Shown here piece by piece: positions 61,402 to 64,000 of a DNA stretch of 64,000 bases (its first letter is position 1; each line of letters begins with the position of its first letter). A model generated the notes under the pieces. That model was not told the origin of the DNA and searched no databases. It worked only from the letters and a program-made list of their open reading frames with translations. Position numbers and translations under genes: made by a program. Origin of the DNA: Octopus bimaculoides (taxonomy: Eukaryota); assembly GCF_001194135.2 (NCBI RefSeq), contig NC_068990.1, positions 64,045,706-64,109,705 of the forward strand. Reading direction: 5' to 3'.

Positions 61402-62240
61402 TCCTGATGCAGTACCAGGCAGTGGCTCTGGGCTACAGCAAATATTCTGCTTAATACCACAGATTTACTTGTCAGTTGTTTGGCCTTAACCAGTTGAGCA
61501 TGTCCCTTGGTGGCTGATGATATGTCATCTCTGATCATGAGCAGAAGTAGTGGGGGAGCATCACAGCCATGTGTTGAGAGGAATTCTTTGGGGTTTGAAT
61601 AATTCATCATTGGAAACATGGGTGTTTTGCTCAACATCCTTAAACAAACCTTATTCAGGGACCTTTTGAGTGGGATGGGCTACTCGGCCTGAAGAAAATT
61701 CTAACTGGGCCCCACCTGCGAGGTCATGCGCTGTTTATCTTGATATGAGATCACCATGTCGCGCACATATGGTTGTGATGCATGTACCTGGTGTACATCA
61801 GATGAGTAATCATGATGGGTATATTGGGCTTCTGATAACTGTATCCCAGTGTCATTTTGATGGCATGCGCTACTCTCTTGCTCAATAATGATAACAACAA
61901 CAAGAACAACAATAATAATAATAATAATAATAATAATGACAACAATAATAATAGTAATAATAATGCTGCTGTTGTTGTTATTGTAATTGTTGTAGTTGTT
62001 GTTGTTGTTAAGGTGGTAAGCTGGCAGAATCGCTAGCATGCTGGGCAAAATGCTTAGCAGCATTTCATCCGTCCTTATGTTCTGAGTTCAAATTTCCCCG
62101 AGTTCAACTTTCATCCTCTTGGTCTTCCATCCTCTCGAGTCGATAAAATAGGTATCAGTTGAGTACTAGGGTCGATGTAATCAACCACCATCCTCCCTTG
62201 AATTTTCAGGCCTTGTGCCTATAGTAGTAAGGATTATTAT
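60535..62240. mobile_element. SINE family A cluster: three minus copies (60535-60750, 60925-61102, 61145-61330) and one plus copy (62008-62240)
   Basis: Family A motifs, interleaved with family D fragments and (AAT)n. Confidence 0.8.
61400..61885. mobile_element. Unclassified interspersed repeat family D, flanked by (AAT)n; truncated copy at 60797-60920
   Basis: Both copies share atgtacctggtgtac...atgggtata.tgggctt...ccagtgtcattttgatggcatg...ctctc..ctcaataat. Confidence 0.7.
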
Positions 62241-62579
62241 TATTATTATTGTTGTTGTTGTTATTATTATTATTATCATTATTATTATTATTATCAATCT
62301 TCAAATTGGTATTTACAAAATGTAACTATTTTCTTGACTAGAAAATACATACAAGAGGTGTGTGTGCAGGTGATTTCTATGCATTAAATATATCTAGATG
62401 ACAACAACAAAATGTATTTATTCAGAATGCACACTCTCTCTCTCTCTCACACACACACACACAATCTATTCAGGTGGCTTTTACAATCTACATCTAACTG
62501 GACAACACTGAATCACCAAACCTTTGTCTAGTAACTGCCTCTTCTTTAGATAATATGTTGAGGTTTTTGTCTACAGTGC

Positions 62580-63065
62580 TGATATTTACAGACTACATCT
62601 GTCTGGTTAAATATACAGTATATAGGCTGTGAATTTCCATTTAACATTTGCAGACGATATCTGTCCAGATAATTTGTACAGTAATTTACATCCACAAACA
62701 CATCAACATCTATAGGTAGTATCTATCAAACCATATTTACACTCTACAAAGTCTGAACAACATTTACAGTCAGCGTCTAACCAGTTAATATCTATACAAT
62801 AGAACCACTGAAAATGGCATTTACATATTGTATATGTGCAAATATTTGGACTATGAATCTCTCTAGACAAGTTTACACTCTGCATCTATCCAAACTAATT
62901 TGCACTGTGCATCTGTGCACATGACACACACATAGATGATATCTACATACTGTATCCATCCAGTCGACATCTACAGATTGTATCTGTCCATTCAATGTTT
63001 TGAGAGATTTTATTGATCAAATCAATATCTATAGATTTGGTAGCTATATAATTAATATCTGTGTT
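62580..63065. repeat. Degenerate ~27-28-bp minisatellite
   Basis: A unit like acatctacagattgtatctgtccagttg recurs at 62582, 62644, 62706, 62733, 62760, 62788, 62939, 62967 and 63025. Confidence 0.65.
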
Positions 63066-63439
63066 CCAGTTTGTGATGCAGTGTGTCAGTGCTAATCAAG
63101 ACATTGAAACATTGATGGAGAAAGTGTGTGCAAAATGATAGTGGTGCACTTTCTCTCACTGACGCCTAGGAAAAAAAAGATACTAAAATGTTACAACAGG
63201 ATAGTATTGTTTGTTTAGCCCTAGGTCAGCCTTGATTGAGCAGAATTATGATCAAAGGCACTCTGCCCATGATTATCCTATCTTTTTTTTCCTGTGTGCA
63301 GGGAAGTCAGGACTACATTATCTAACAAGTCCTTTTCTAGAATAGCAGAGTGTGGTTTGAGGAAGATTTAGCTGTTATTTTTAGTTCAATGAGGAATAGA
63401 GAACTTAGATATGCATTGATCAAGGTTTGGCTCTTCACT

Positions 63440-64000
63440 TAATATTATAGCTTTCCAGGTCACTTCAAAGAAATTCAAGATTGGTTGTCCGTAGGAACTC
63501 TTGTACACCTGCAATGTAGTTTCCATGGGTAAATCTGTTAAAGATTTAGAGAAGAAATTTTAAAATGGAAATAAAACCTTAAATCAAGAGGCTTCAAAGT
63601 AAAATTATCAAAGACAAAGATTTCAACTGGAAAGACAAGCCTCCACTGTCATCTGAGGAGTGGTTGTGTTTGATTTATAGAAAAGGTTTAGGCAGGAATG
63701 CCATTCATCACCCCTAATGGTGAGATAGGATTATAGACAGGCTGACAGGGAAGAAAGAGTTTGTCGGTAGCAAATGCACTGAAGTAATTAGCAAGACAAA
63801 CACCAGGTATTGTATTATTTAAAATGATGCTCTCTAGTCATTGACAGCTTCTGTTAATTTGAGGATCTATTTAGCAAAGTTGGTGGGTGTTCTAAAAGCA
63901 TAGTAGCCAGAGTAAGGACAGGATAGAAAGTGTTAAGATAACTGTTACTGCTACTGGTAACATAGGGATTCTTTTCAGAGTGAAGGGTCGCTTGTATGAT
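63440..64000 (+). mobile_element. Older decayed relative of the 50-kb RTE, running off the window
   Basis: ggttgtccgtaggaactcttgta, agaaaaggtttaggcaggaatgccatt and terminal cagagtgaagggtcgcttgtatgat correspond to 50325-50870. Confidence 0.65.

Overview
This is AT-rich, microsatellite-rich animal genomic DNA with six N-gaps. The repeat families look cephalopod-like, probably Octopus, but that is an inference from repeat character rather than a database hit. The whole window lies inside one + strand gene, an axonemal outer-arm dynein heavy chain of the DNAH5/DNAH8 (ODA-gamma) type. I can join 14 internal GT-AG exons (4030-58627; 2504 nt, 834 complete codons) into one phase-consistent, stop-free frame. 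It runs from late AAA4 through the stalk (CC1, microtubule-binding domain, CC2) and AAA5 into the buttress. Neither end of the gene is in the window. The introns (0.6-13.5 kb) are full of transposon relics. Retrotransposon relics include several RTE LINEs (one BovB-like with an inverted 5' end, one with a PHD-type finger), R4/Dong fragments, a Penelope-like RT, a CR1/L2-like RT scrap, about 25 copies of one tRNA-derived SINE and about 10 copies of a CORE-type SINE. DNA-transposon relics include two decayed mariners, hAT and piggyBac-like MITEs and a Helentron-type non-autonomous element. There is no prokaryotic system, CRISPR array or true tRNA/rRNA gene, and I found no convincing novel protein-coding system. 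The best leads are two degenerate self-cleaving ribozyme candidates (HDV-like at an RTE 5' end, type I hammerhead at 27.0 kb), the PHD-bearing RTE with a modular 3' UTR and shared-tail partners, (AAT)n-targeted R4/Dong insertions, and inverted SINE pairs around exons. TE boundaries are read by eye and are approximate unless TIRs or TSDs are quoted.
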